Source: Patescibacteria group bacterium
GTDB taxonomy: Bacteria > Patescibacteriota > Minisyncoccia > Phycocordibacterales > DATDWN01
NCBI GenBank assembly: GCA_040384485.1
Contig: JAZKJH010000007.1
Location: 1 to 33,912 of the forward strand
DNA: 33,912 bases
Direction: 5' to 3'
Position numbers and translations under genes: made by a program. This document shows, piece after piece, positions 5,911-14,819 of this stretch. Within the stretch, counting starts at the first letter, position 1, and each line of letters starts with the position of its first letter. The notes beneath the pieces are model-generated. The model was not told where the DNA came from, ran no database searches, and was given only the letters and a program-made list of their open reading frames with translations.

Positions 5911-6261
5911 TTATTCAAGACCAGGAACAGTAGGGATAGTCACTGAGTTTCCTTCAATACCAAGTGTTGACTGCAACCATGCGATCAAACCGTAGATACT
6001 CACCATAACTGTAAGAGCAATAACACCGTAGATCATTATGCTCTTTCCTTCTGCAGCTGCCTTTGCATCTCCTGCAGCTCTGATGTATTTGATAAGACCC
6101 CAGAAGAAGTAAACTAGCGCTAATGCAAACAATATAGGCAACAAACTGTTTATAATGCCACCAATACTGTCTACAAGTCTCTCAATACCACCTAGATCTG
6201 CCTCTTGTGCCAAACCTATAGCTGGGGCGAAAGATAATACTGTATAAATAAATTTCTTCAT
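5911..6261 (-). CDS. VirB2/TrbC-like pilin family protein
   Basis: Signal peptide plus FFWGLIKYIRAAGD...EGKSIMIYGVIAL. Confidence 0.75.
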   Translation of the reverse strand: MKKFIYTVLSFAPAIGLAQEADLGGIERLVDSIGGIINSLLPILFALALVYFFWGLIKYIRAAGDAKAAAEGKSIMIYGVIALTVMVSIYGLIAWLQSTLGIEGNSVTIPTVPGLE

Positions 6262-6333
6262 AAATTATGCTTAATTAATTATTATGTGTAATGTTGTTAA
6301 TTATAGTACAAAAAACCGTAAATACAAGGGTTT

Positions 6334-6342
6334 TGTGGATAA
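6334..6342 (-). promoter_or_regulatory. Consensus DnaA box
   Basis: TGTGGATAA is the reverse complement of TTATCCACA; intergenic, just upstream of the putative promoter of the 5911-6261 pilin; single copy. Confidence 0.4.
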
Positions 6343-6365
6343 GTAAAGGGAACTTCCAGAACTAC

Positions 6366-6737
6366 TTACCAAGTTATAACCCCCACGTTTGGTATCTGAG
6401 AGTTAGGTGTCATAACATTAGGGTTTGGGTCTATACTAATCAAGTCACCCAAGAACAGCAGAATGCCCCACCATGAAGCCAGAACGAAAAGTGCAATAAC
6501 TCCCCACATCATCTTCTTTCGCCCTTCCTCTCGAGCTTTATCGTCGTTTGACTTCAAGATGGACTGTGCTACACCCCAAAAGAAGTACACAAGGGCTATG
6601 GCGAAGATAAGGTTATCCAAAAGCTGAAGAATCCCATAAAACTCCATCAAAAGATTTCTAAATCCCCCCAATGCACCGAAAGCCATAGCTGGGGTTAAAA
6701 CTAAAGCCAAACTTGCTAATATATATTTGTTTTTCAT
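6366..6737 (-). CDS. VirB2/TrbC-like pilin family protein
   Basis: Signal peptide plus FFWGVAQSILKS...EEGRKKMMWGVIAL. Confidence 0.75.
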   Translation of the reverse strand: MKNKYILASLALVLTPAMAFGALGGFRNLLMEFYGILQLLDNLIFAIALVYFFWGVAQSILKSNDDKAREEGRKKMMWGVIALFVLASWWGILLFLGDLISIDPNPNVMTPNSQIPNVGVITW

Positions 6738-6770
6738 AATTATAATTATATTGTAAATAAAAATAAAACT

Positions 6771-7142
6771 CTATCTTGGCCCTGTTGGCAACAGGATACT
6801 GTTCGGATTCGGGTTCTTGTCACCTATCTCCAAATCACTTGAAACAAGCCCGATGATGACTCTGAATGTGAACAGGACAAACAAAGCAAGTAAGCCCCAC
6901 AACATGTAGTTTCTGCCGTTTTTAATACCATCGGCACTGTCGGAATGTAAAATAAACTTGGACATCCCCCAAAAAAAGAAAACGATGGCAAGACTGACAA
7001 GTATGGGTATTAGTATGTTTATAATCTCAATCACCTCCATCACAATACCTTTAAAAGTGCTCCCACTAAGAGAAAAATCAGCTGCCAAAGCATAGGCTGG
7101 AACTAACAAAAACAAAAAACTCAAAAATATTTTATTCTTCAT
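6771..7142 (-). CDS. VirB2/TrbC-like pilin family protein
   Basis: Signal peptide (AYALA) plus FFWGMSKFILHS...NGRNYMLWGLLAL. Confidence 0.75.
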   Translation of the reverse strand: MKNKIFLSFLFLLVPAYALAADFSLSGSTFKGIVMEVIEIINILIPILVSLAIVFFFWGMSKFILHSDSADGIKNGRNYMLWGLLALFVLFTFRVIIGLVSSDLEIGDKNPNPNSILLPTGPR

Positions 7143-7144
7143 TT

Positions 7145-7561
7145 TTATTTTGTAAGTGATTCAACGGTCCTTTGGACAACTTCTGATATAGCAGTGGCGC
7201 CAAGCAAAATGCCCGCACCGACCAGTGACCATAGCAACCGTTGCTTAGCTTTTTCAATTTCCGCGGGTTTACCCTGTGCTGTGATGAAAGTGAAGCCCGC
7301 CCAGATAATCCAAAGCACTACTGCTACGGCTGCAATGGGCATAATAACGTTTTTAAGTATGAGTGTAATAAGGCTCATAATAGTACAGTTGTCGCCGCAA
7401 TCCACTGGGTTAGTAAGGTTAACTCCAATCGTTGTAGTTTTTGGGTTCTCTTGTCCTCCCCCCCCCTCTTGATTTGGAACATTCACGGCACCTGCAAAAA
7501 CTGGTAACAAAAATAGTCCGAACAAAAAAACTCCTAATAATTTATTTTTTAAATTAATCAT
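7145..7561 (-). CDS. VirB2/TrbC-like pilin family protein
   Basis: Signal peptide, LTNP motif, Cys pair, IIWAGFTFITAQGKPAEIEKAKQRLLWSLVG. Confidence 0.8.
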   Translation of the reverse strand: MINLKNKLLGVFLFGLFLLPVFAGAVNVPNQEGGGGQENPKTTTIGVNLTNPVDCGDNCTIMSLITLILKNVIMPIAAVAVVLWIIWAGFTFITAQGKPAEIEKAKQRLLWSLVGAGILLGATAISEVVQRTVESLTK

Positions 7562-7564
7562 ATT

Positions 7565-7987
7565 TTAAAATATATCTTTTAATTCATCCTTTAACAGACT
7601 GCTTGTTATTAAGTTTACAATAAGCCAAGCTCCCAGGATTACCGCTATACCTATTGCTACCTTTTTTAGCATTTCTTTAGCTTTTGTTCTTTCTCCAGGA
7701 CTGTCTGCATACACCATTATTTTAAAACCGGCATATGCTATCACCACCACAGAAAAAGATATAGCTAAAGTGGTGCCCCAATTTACGGCCTTCTGAATTG
7801 CTGCTATCAAATCATCAAAATCACATTCGCCTGGTTTACCGTCACATTCATAGACTAAACCACCTTTATTTTCCGTTGCAGCAGACTCATCAGCAAAAAC
7901 CAGAAATGGAAAGAAAAAAAGAAAAAATATAGATGCAAAAACAAAAATATTTGATACAACAGTCTTCAATGCTAGAGTTTTTGTCAT
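7565..7987 (-). CDS. VirB2/TrbC-like pilin family protein
   Basis: Signal peptide, GGLVYEC...CDFDDL, IAYAGFKIM...SPGERTKAKEML...GAWLIV. Confidence 0.8.
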   Translation of the reverse strand: MTKTLALKTVVSNIFVFASIFFLFFFPFLVFADESAATENKGGLVYECDGKPGECDFDDLIAAIQKAVNWGTTLAISFSVVVIAYAGFKIMVYADSPGERTKAKEMLKKVAIGIAVILGAWLIVNLITSSLLKDELKDIF

Positions 7988-8007
7988 TTTAATTATTATA
8001 TAACAAA

Positions 8008-9300
8008 CTATTTTAGTTGTATATTTAGCTCTTCACTCAACCTACCCAATGCTTCAGTGAGTCTAGCTCGCCCAGAAGTTACTGACTCTATCAGGTCTCT
8101 GAAGGAAATATTTGTTAGTGTTGGGTCTGGATCCATCCAAGACTTGGATATAACGGCTGAAGTATAGAATACCTCACGGAAGGCGTCTGTGGGTTTCTGA
8201 GCCAGCATATCTCTTCTAACTGGAGGAAGATTTGTAACTGGTTCAAGGGCTTTCATAGAAGCCGGCTCAGTCAAAGCAGCTAACAAAGTAAATGTTGCTG
8301 TAATTTGTTTTGACTGTTTTACTACCGCCAGAGCGTACATGTGACCGAAGACCACTTTCTTTGGAGCATTTCGGATTTGTGGAACAAGAGTCACATCGAA
8401 GTTAAGGTTTGAGTTTCTTTGCTGAATCCCTTGTATTTCACTCGCAAAACCTAAGTACATTGCAGAATTTCCTGCCAAAAACATATTCAAAGAGGTGGGA
8501 AGTGAACGGTTCCAAGAATAAGCGGGAGAAGTTGGGTTAGAGAATTGGGTATAAAAGTTTATAGCAGATTGACTTGGCATAACTGGATAGCCAAAACCTT
8601 CATTCAAGACAGATATAAGTCCACTACTAGATCTGCCAGTGATGGGTGTACCAGCTTGGAACAGAAGCATTGATATTATTTCTTTTGCGTTTGTAATATT
8701 TCTATATTCTCCTAGAGCTATCGTTGACTGGAGTATACTCCCACCAGCATCTTTTTTAGTAAGTTTTGTAACTAGTCCATTTAATTCGTCCCAATACAAA
8801 GGAGGCTGAACTATGGCGTTGTTACTGAACATATCTCTGTTCCAATACAAAACGAGAGGATCTACGATAAAAGGGAAAGCTGAGACACCTTCTGGAGTTA
8901 GGAACATTTCGCCTTGCTCAATAAAACGATCTTTGAAAGCTCTCTCGGTAAAGCTAGCATAGGGAATCGTGAAAAATCTATTTCGATGTTTATGAAGAAA
9001 GTCCTCTCTCAAAACAACCATATCCGGACCAACACCATCCGCCAGCGCCTCGATAAACTCTGTGTCGAAGGTTGAAACATTTTTCTCTACATATTTTACT
9101 GTTACATTTTTGTTAGATTTTATGGAAGATGCTTCATAAGCAGCTTTAAATGTGTCTGCTGGAACTGTACCCCACACTACCAAATTAGCTCTAAGCTCTG
9201 TGTCTGAACCTTTGGACAAAGCAAACATTGCAACGCCAAATACGATAGAAACCGCAAATACGGCTGTTACTGCTATTTTAAAAGTGCTCATTGAATTCAT
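8008..9300 (-). CDS. Extracellular solute-binding protein (family 1, sugar-binding-like), membrane anchored
   Basis: N-terminal TM; LVVWG, EALADGVGPDMV, LVLYWNRDMF, PPLYWDEL, FLAGNSAMY motifs. Confidence 0.85.
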   Translation of the reverse strand: MNSMSTFKIAVTAVFAVSIVFGVAMFALSKGSDTELRANLVVWGTVPADTFKAAYEASSIKSNKNVTVKYVEKNVSTFDTEFIEALADGVGPDMVVLREDFLHKHRNRFFTIPYASFTERAFKDRFIEQGEMFLTPEGVSAFPFIVDPLVLYWNRDMFSNNAIVQPPLYWDELNGLVTKLTKKDAGGSILQSTIALGEYRNITNAKEIISMLLFQAGTPITGRSSSGLISVLNEGFGYPVMPSQSAINFYTQFSNPTSPAYSWNRSLPTSLNMFLAGNSAMYLGFASEIQGIQQRNSNLNFDVTLVPQIRNAPKKVVFGHMYALAVVKQSKQITATFTLLAALTEPASMKALEPVTNLPPVRRDMLAQKPTDAFREVFYTSAVISKSWMDPDPTLTNISFRDLIESVTSGRARLTEALGRLSEELNIQLK

Positions 9301-9315
9301 AGAATTTTTCTTTAC

Positions 9316-9843
9316 CTACATTTTTTTAAATATAAAACCGTAATGATGACTCCCCGCCTGTATTTCTTTTTCATTGTGAAAACCTTGCTTCTGAAACAAC
9401 TCTTCTGCGTCAAGTTTTGAAAAAACATGTCCCACTGCTGGTCCTATGCCACCAAACGACTCTGCCCAATCTACCAAAACTACCTTACCACCAGGTTTTA
9501 AAACTCTTTTAGCTTCTTTTACTGTACCTTCTCTGTCTTCTGTTTGAAAAAGTGTGTTACAAAGAAATACAAAATCAATAGAACGGTCACGGAGTTTTGT
9601 GCCGCCCAGCTTTTCTATGTTTCCCCAAATAACTTCTATATTATACAAACCGTTTTTAACGGACTCATTTTTAAGTTTTGCTAGTAGGTCTTTCTGTACA
9701 TCTATCGCATACACTCTACCACTCGACATGAGCGCGCGAGATGCTTGCATACTATAAAGCCCGGAACCGGAACCGAACTCCGCAATTTCTTGGCCAGCTT
9801 GAATACCGCACTGCTCGACTATTTTTGTAGGATCAGAAAACAT
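9316..9843 (-). CDS. Class I SAM-dependent methyltransferase
   Basis: IAEFGSGSG motif I, VYAIDV motif II, RVLKPGG. Confidence 0.9.
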   Translation of the reverse strand: MFSDPTKIVEQCGIQAGQEIAEFGSGSGLYSMQASRALMSSGRVYAIDVQKDLLAKLKNESVKNGLYNIEVIWGNIEKLGGTKLRDRSIDFVFLCNTLFQTEDREGTVKEAKRVLKPGGKVVLVDWAESFGGIGPAVGHVFSKLDAEELFQKQGFHNEKEIQAGSHHYGFIFKKM

Positions 9844-9930
9844 ATATTTATTATAGTACTAAAAATAGCTTTATGTAAGGCGGTTATTAACAAAAAGAGG
9901 ACTTGTGATTCAGATTTCGTTTTTGGTAAT

Positions 9931-9960
9931 AAAAAACCACCAGACGAACGTGTCTGGTGG
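9931..9960 (-). terminator. Intrinsic terminator for the orphan at 9975-10340
   Basis: CCACCAGAC-GAACGT-GTCTGGTGG with AAAAAA on the left (U tract on the minus strand). Confidence 0.8.
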
Positions 9961-9974
9961 AAATTCTAAATGCT

Positions 9975-10340
9975 TTATTCCTGATCAAGGCGTTCTGCCT
10001 CTTCGTACGCAGCCGCGAGTTCTGGAAAGTATTGTTTTCTCAGAGCTTTAAGCCATCCAGTAATACCATCGGCCAATACCAACTCGTCGATAAACTCCCC
10101 GAACTCGGGACGATGCGACATCATCTCGATTCTCTTTGTGCTTACGGACTCCAAGGTGCTCAAGAAACTCTCAAGCAATTTGTTGACAATTCGCCGATCA
10201 TTCCTATCAAGAAAAGTGTGTAGGTTTTCCCAGTCTGGAAACTTTTCTTTCAGGGACTTAACGTAGTTCGCGTCATAACAAAAACCAGTTTCGCCGATGA
10301 AGCTAGGTTGGATTGAACTCGGATACGGAAAAAACTTCAT
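9975..10340 (-). CDS. Hypothetical protein (121 aa, helical)
   Basis: AGGAGGT SD (10344-10350, minus), own promoter and terminator. Confidence 0.7.
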   Translation of the reverse strand: MKFFPYPSSIQPSFIGETGFCYDANYVKSLKEKFPDWENLHTFLDRNDRRIVNKLLESFLSTLESVSTKRIEMMSHRPEFGEFIDELVLADGITGWLKALRKQYFPELAAAYEEAERLDQE

Positions 10341-10356
10341 GTAACCTCCTGGGAAT

Positions 10357-10385
10357 ACACTACCACAGATTAATCAAAATGTCTA
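10357..10385 (-). promoter_or_regulatory. Sigma70-type promoter overlapping the gyrA stop codon
   Basis: Minus-strand TAGACA (10380-10385; its TAG is the gyrA stop), 17 nt, TAGTGT (10357-10362). Confidence 0.55.
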
Positions 10386-12848
10386 CAGGCAAATAAGAGA
10401 GGCGATACTATCCCCGTCGCGTAACTTCATTACACGTACCCCTTGAGTTTGTCTTCCGAGAACTGGAATCTCTTTACTATCCACTCGGATAACCTGAGAT
10501 TTTTTTGAAATAGCTACCACTTCTGCTTCATCACTTGCAAAAACTTTTGCAGAAATAAGAGGGCCAGTCTTTGGAGTTACTTTGGCTGTTTTAATACCAC
10601 TTCCTCCTCTGTTTTGTATTTTATATTCGTCTATGTCTGTACATTTTCCGTAGCCGTTTTGAGAAATAACCATAAGCGTTGCATTGTTCACTGTATTTGG
10701 AACAGTCTCAGCAGAAATAACAAAGTCTCCTTTGCCAACTTTTATACCACGGACTCCCATAGCTGTTCGTCCCATTTCTCTTATATCAGCTTCTTTAAAG
10801 TGGATAGACTGACCTTTTGAAGTGACAGCAATAACTGTGTCCTTTTTGTGAACAAATGAAGCTGAGATAAGTGAGTCTCCTGCATCGAGCTTGATAGCGA
10901 TGATTCCTGATATTCTCACATCGTGGAAACTAGATGTTGCAACTTTTTTAGCAACACCGTTCTTTGTTACCATCATCAAACTAGATTCTGATTTCTTTAC
11001 CTCCTTTGGCATTGGCAAAATAGAAGTAATCTTCTCTCCTTCTGCTAGTGGTAAAAAGTTCATCACTGATTTTCCTCGAGTAGCACGTCGTCCCTCTGGT
11101 ATGTCATACATTTTCGTCTGATACGCCTTTCCTTTGTCAGTAAAGAATAGTAGGTCTGAATGAGTAGAAGTTATAAGAAGCATGGTCACAAAATCTTCTT
11201 CTTTTGTGTCCATATCTACTACTCCGACTCCCCCTCGTTTTTGTTTTCTAAATTCGTCAGGATTTGTTCGTTTTATGTATCCACCTGCTGTAAGCACGAG
11301 AGCGTTTTCCTCGTCAGCGATAAGGTCTTCCACAGATAGGATTTTAGCACCACCTTTTATAATTTTGGTTCTTCTGTCATCACCGTATTTTTCTTTGATT
11401 TCTTTACACTCATCTTTGATAATTCCAAGAATTTTCTTTGGACTTGCCAAAATAGCTTTCAAAGTCTCGATAAGTTCCTGCACTGCTTTCAACTCATCTT
11501 CTATTTTCTTTCTCTCAAGTCCTGCAAGTCGAGAAAGTTTCATTTCCAAAATAGCAGTGGCTTGAATAGCAGAAAACTTAAACTCCGCCATCAACTTTTT
11601 GTGCGCTTCTGGAGTATCTTTTGAACCTCGAATAAGCTTAATTATCTGGTCTATGTGGTCGAGAGCTTTTTTCAAACCAAGTAAAATATGCTCTCGCTCT
11701 AGAGCCTTCTTTAGGTCATACTCTGTTCGACGTTTTATCACAATAACTCGGTGAGCTACGAACTCTTCCAAAACACCTTTTAGAGACAATGTCTCTGGAA
11801 CTCCGTTTACTAGTGCCACCATGTTGTAGTGGAAAGTTTCCTCAAGTTGAGTGTGTTTGTATAGATAGTTAAGAGTTGTTTGTGGGTTTCCACTATTTTT
11901 TAGGTCGATAACAATACGGATGTCTTTTGCAGACTCGTCGCGCATACCTTTTATGTCTATTTTTTTGTCTCTATATAACTCTGCTATTTTTGCAATAAGA
12001 GTTGATTTGTTTACACGGAAAGGAATAGAGGTGATGATAATCTGGAACTGACCAGCTTTGTTTTCTACTATCTCAGCTTCACCACGAGTAACAACACCAC
12101 CTTTTCCAGTAGCGTATGCATGATTTATGTCTTTCTGATCAAAAGCCAATCCTCCTATCGGGAAATCAGGACCTTTTACAAACTGCAACAAGTCTTCTGT
12201 TGTGGCATCTTTGTTATCTACTAGGTGTGATACAGCATCCATAACCTCGTTTAGGTTGTGTGGAGGGATGTTGGTCGCCATACCAACAGCAATACCAAGT
12301 GTTCCGTTCAAAAGTAGGTTTGGTACACGTGTAGGCAAAACTTTTGGTTCTTTTTTGGTCCCGTCGTAGTTTGGAATAAAGTCGACAGTTTCTTTCTCTA
12401 TATCTTTTAGTAGCTCGGAAGAAAGTCGGGACATTTTTGCTTCGGTATATCTGTATGCCGCAGCGTTATCTCCGTCGATAGAACCGAAGTTTCCCTGTCC
12501 GATTATTAGCGGATAACGCATAGTAAAGTCCTGGGTCATTTTCACCATTGAGTCGTACACTGCCACGTCACCGTGTGGGTGGTAATCTCCAATAACTGCT
12601 CCCACCACCGTCGCTGATTTTCGAGTTTTTCCAGATACGGTCAAACCGTTTTCGTTCATAGCGAAAAGGATTCTGCGGTGCACAGGTTTCAAACCATCAC
12701 GAACATCAGGCAAAGCACGATCTGTAATAACAGACATGGCATAGTCGATAAAAGACGATTTCATTTCGTCTGTAATCTCTTGAGAAATTACGTTTATATG
12801 AGGAGGAATTATTGGATTTTCTTCTTTAACTGAATCTTTCTTTGCCAT
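10383..12848 (-). CDS. gyrA: DNA gyrase subunit A
   Basis: RALPDVRDGLKPVHRR, YHPHGD, catalytic AAAYRYTE, GyrA box QKRGGVG and C-terminal pinwheel repeats. Confidence 0.98.
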   Translation of the reverse strand: MAKKDSVKEENPIIPPHINVISQEITDEMKSSFIDYAMSVITDRALPDVRDGLKPVHRRILFAMNENGLTVSGKTRKSATVVGAVIGDYHPHGDVAVYDSMVKMTQDFTMRYPLIIGQGNFGSIDGDNAAAYRYTEAKMSRLSSELLKDIEKETVDFIPNYDGTKKEPKVLPTRVPNLLLNGTLGIAVGMATNIPPHNLNEVMDAVSHLVDNKDATTEDLLQFVKGPDFPIGGLAFDQKDINHAYATGKGGVVTRGEAEIVENKAGQFQIIITSIPFRVNKSTLIAKIAELYRDKKIDIKGMRDESAKDIRIVIDLKNSGNPQTTLNYLYKHTQLEETFHYNMVALVNGVPETLSLKGVLEEFVAHRVIVIKRRTEYDLKKALEREHILLGLKKALDHIDQIIKLIRGSKDTPEAHKKLMAEFKFSAIQATAILEMKLSRLAGLERKKIEDELKAVQELIETLKAILASPKKILGIIKDECKEIKEKYGDDRRTKIIKGGAKILSVEDLIADEENALVLTAGGYIKRTNPDEFRKQKRGGVGVVDMDTKEEDFVTMLLITSTHSDLLFFTDKGKAYQTKMYDIPEGRRATRGKSVMNFLPLAEGEKITSILPMPKEVKKSESSLMMVTKNGVAKKVATSSFHDVRISGIIAIKLDAGDSLISASFVHKKDTVIAVTSKGQSIHFKEADIREMGRTAMGVRGIKVGKGDFVISAETVPNTVNNATLMVISQNGYGKCTDIDEYKIQNRGGSGIKTAKVTPKTGPLISAKVFASDEAEVVAISKKSQVIRVDSKEIPVLGRQTQGVRVMKLRDGDSIASLICL

Positions 12849-12964
12849 AAATATATGTTCAATTATAGCATATGCTGAGCCAGTTTCAAACTCAAAACGG
12901 TTGCATTTTGGGTATTAGAACATATACTATCGGCAGAACCGTTTTCTGCACTTGGAGGTGCTTG

Positions 12965-13666
12965 GTGAGAGTTTCTACAGTACTTTTCATTGCTTGTGCT
13001 CTATTTGTTCCAACAGCTACTATCGCTCAAGTTGCTGAACTAAAAGGTCCGCTCAACTGCTCGTCATCCGAAACCGGGACTGGGAGCACAATGCTTCCAG
13101 GTGAAGCACGGTCGCTTGAATATCTAGTGGACCACGCTGACGAAATTGTTTATGGTAAATTTATGTCTGCGAACATGAAATGCCTCGCAAAAAAAACTCT
13201 GGAAGGGTACGAACTTGTACCTGTACGTGTTGTGAAAATCGATACGTCAGCCGGGTCAGTCTTTTTATCCAAGCAAACCCAATTTTTCGAGTTTGTCTTG
13301 AATTTTGGAAGACTGCCCCAGGGACTCGATGCTGGGGAGGAAATACTGGTCTTTCTCCGCAAAACAGATGTGGTTGAAGCCTACAACATGGTGGACAGTT
13401 CTTCTGGAGCATTCCTTGGTTCGCATGACCAAGTCAATAAAAAAGTCTGGCTCCTCAACGGCTATGGCAATGGTCTAATTTGGAAGGATAACCTGTGGAC
13501 CTTGGCTCCAAGAGAAGAAGTCAAAAAAGAACTCAGCATTATGAAAGTTTCAGAAACTGAGATTGAGAAACTGCTCGTTTTAGGTGACGAACCAGACACT
13601 AGACGAGCCTTCCCTGCTGAGCTTCTACTTTCCACAATCAAAGTTCTGGCGAGAAATAAGAAATAG
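12965..13666 (+). CDS. Secreted hypothetical protein
   Basis: In-frame GTG at 12965 after GGAGGTG gives a clean signal peptide (VLFIACALFVPTATIA); SLEYLVDHADEIVYG resembles the start of OB/TIMP-like extracellular domains (weak). Confidence 0.7.
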   Translation: MRVSTVLFIACALFVPTATIAQVAELKGPLNCSSSETGTGSTMLPGEARSLEYLVDHADEIVYGKFMSANMKCLAKKTLEGYELVPVRVVKIDTSAGSVFLSKQTQFFEFVLNFGRLPQGLDAGEEILVFLRKTDVVEAYNMVDSSSGAFLGSHDQVNKKVWLLNGYGNGLIWKDNLWTLAPREEVKKELSIMKVSETEIEKLLVLGDEPDTRRAFPAELLLSTIKVLARNKK

Positions 13667-13669
13667 CTT

Positions 13670-13698
13670 ATCGGAGTCGAAAGACTCCGATTTTTTTA
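13670..13698 (+). terminator. Intrinsic terminator
   Basis: ATCGGAGTC-GAAA-GACTCCGAT followed by a T run. Confidence 0.85.
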
Positions 13699-13717
13699 TT
13701 GTAAAAGTAGGAGCTAC

Positions 13718-14065
13718 TTATTGTGTAGCGGTTGTTGTGGCGGCAAAGTTACCTTCTACTGTAGTAGTGGACACATTACTTTGTTGTTCTAACTCTGAGA
13801 TAACACCGGTGAGAGAATCCTTGGCATCACTAAAAGTCTCTTGGAGCGAAGAAAACCCGTCCGCTATGTTATCTGTAAATGCTGACAGAGGACTAGGTGT
13901 TGCCGGACCTTTTTCTTCCACCACTGGTGGATTTTTTATTTGCGGAAAGACAACTGAAAGCCAGACCCCAAAAATACACAAAGAAAACAAAAGTGCACCT
14001 AAAAGCGCCACACGCTTTTTTGTTGCCTCAGGCTTGGACCTTAGTTTTTCTATAAGTTCAAACAT
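13718..14065 (-). CDS. Single-TM hypothetical protein
   Basis: Basic N-terminus (IEKLRSKPEATKKR), one TM, low-complexity tail; 13 nt downstream of the MBL-fold gene. Confidence 0.75.
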   Translation of the reverse strand: MFELIEKLRSKPEATKKRVALLGALLFSLCIFGVWLSVVFPQIKNPPVVEEKGPATPSPLSAFTDNIADGFSSLQETFSDAKDSLTGVISELEQQSNVSTTTVEGNFAATTTATQ

Positions 14066-14078
14066 AATTAAAATAGGT

Positions 14079-14711
14079 TTAGATAACTTCCAAAACTACA
14101 ACCTCGCCTTCTTTACCATCCAAATCTTTTTTCTTGAGTGTTAGTTTGTCTACTGGTTTTGAACTTTCTTCTCCTGATTCTTTTAGGAAAGTTTTTAGTG
14201 AGTTCTTGTCTCCAATATCATAGTGACTAGGAATAACAAGTTTTGCTCCGAATTGAACAGACAGTTTGTGGGCAATAGCCGGGTCTAAAACCTCTCCTGC
14301 CCCAATAGGTAGAAATAGCACATCAATGCCGTCCAAAGCCTCCTTGGCTTCAGGAGTAAGGGTGTTTTCAGAAAGTGCTCCCAGGAAGCCTAGGTTCATA
14401 TTTTCTAGCGCAACTGTATATATAGTGTTTATTTTCCCTTTTCCGCTGTAGTTAGAAGTAGATTCAAAACCTTTTATGAAAACTCCAGCTATTTCGTATT
14501 CACCAGGGCCTTTGATAACAAAAGATTCTTTTTCACCTCGAGAAGTTTGGTCTGCACCGTTGTGTTCAGGACTGTTTAAAGAAACTAGGGTTATGTCACT
14601 TCCAAACTTTGTTGATTTCAGTTTTGAATCCTTCGATATAGGATTAACTGCAATAGTTGTGTCTCCAAAAGAAACTTTGAAAAAATCCGCTCCATGGTAT
14701 GTGATTATCAT
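14079..14711 (-). CDS. MBL-fold (beta-lactamase superfamily) protein with degenerate metal motifs
   Basis: MIITYHG.., IKGPGEYEIAGV, IDVLFLPIG, LVIPSHY; the usual SHxHxDH reads SLNSPEH. Confidence 0.8.
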   Translation of the reverse strand: MIITYHGADFFKVSFGDTTIAVNPISKDSKLKSTKFGSDITLVSLNSPEHNGADQTSRGEKESFVIKGPGEYEIAGVFIKGFESTSNYSGKGKINTIYTVALENMNLGFLGALSENTLTPEAKEALDGIDVLFLPIGAGEVLDPAIAHKLSVQFGAKLVIPSHYDIGDKNSLKTFLKESGEESSKPVDKLTLKKKDLDGKEGEVVVLEVI

Positions 14712-14750
14712 ATGGATATTATATACAAATTTACTGATGATACAACTTAC

Positions 14751-14779
14751 TTGACTTTGATGTATCCATATTGTAATTT
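14751..14779 (+). promoter_or_regulatory. Sigma70-type promoter
   Basis: TTGACT (14751-14756), 17 nt, TAATTT (14774-14779). Confidence 0.55.
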
Positions 14780-14819
14780 GTCATATAGAAATTCAATGCG
14801 TATCTAAGGAGAAATCATC

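Noticed and set aside
5592-7987. Type IV (PilA-like) pilins or a conjugative element
   Set aside because: No G/F-x-x-x-E prepilin cleavage motif; no VirB4, VirD4 or relaxase in the window.
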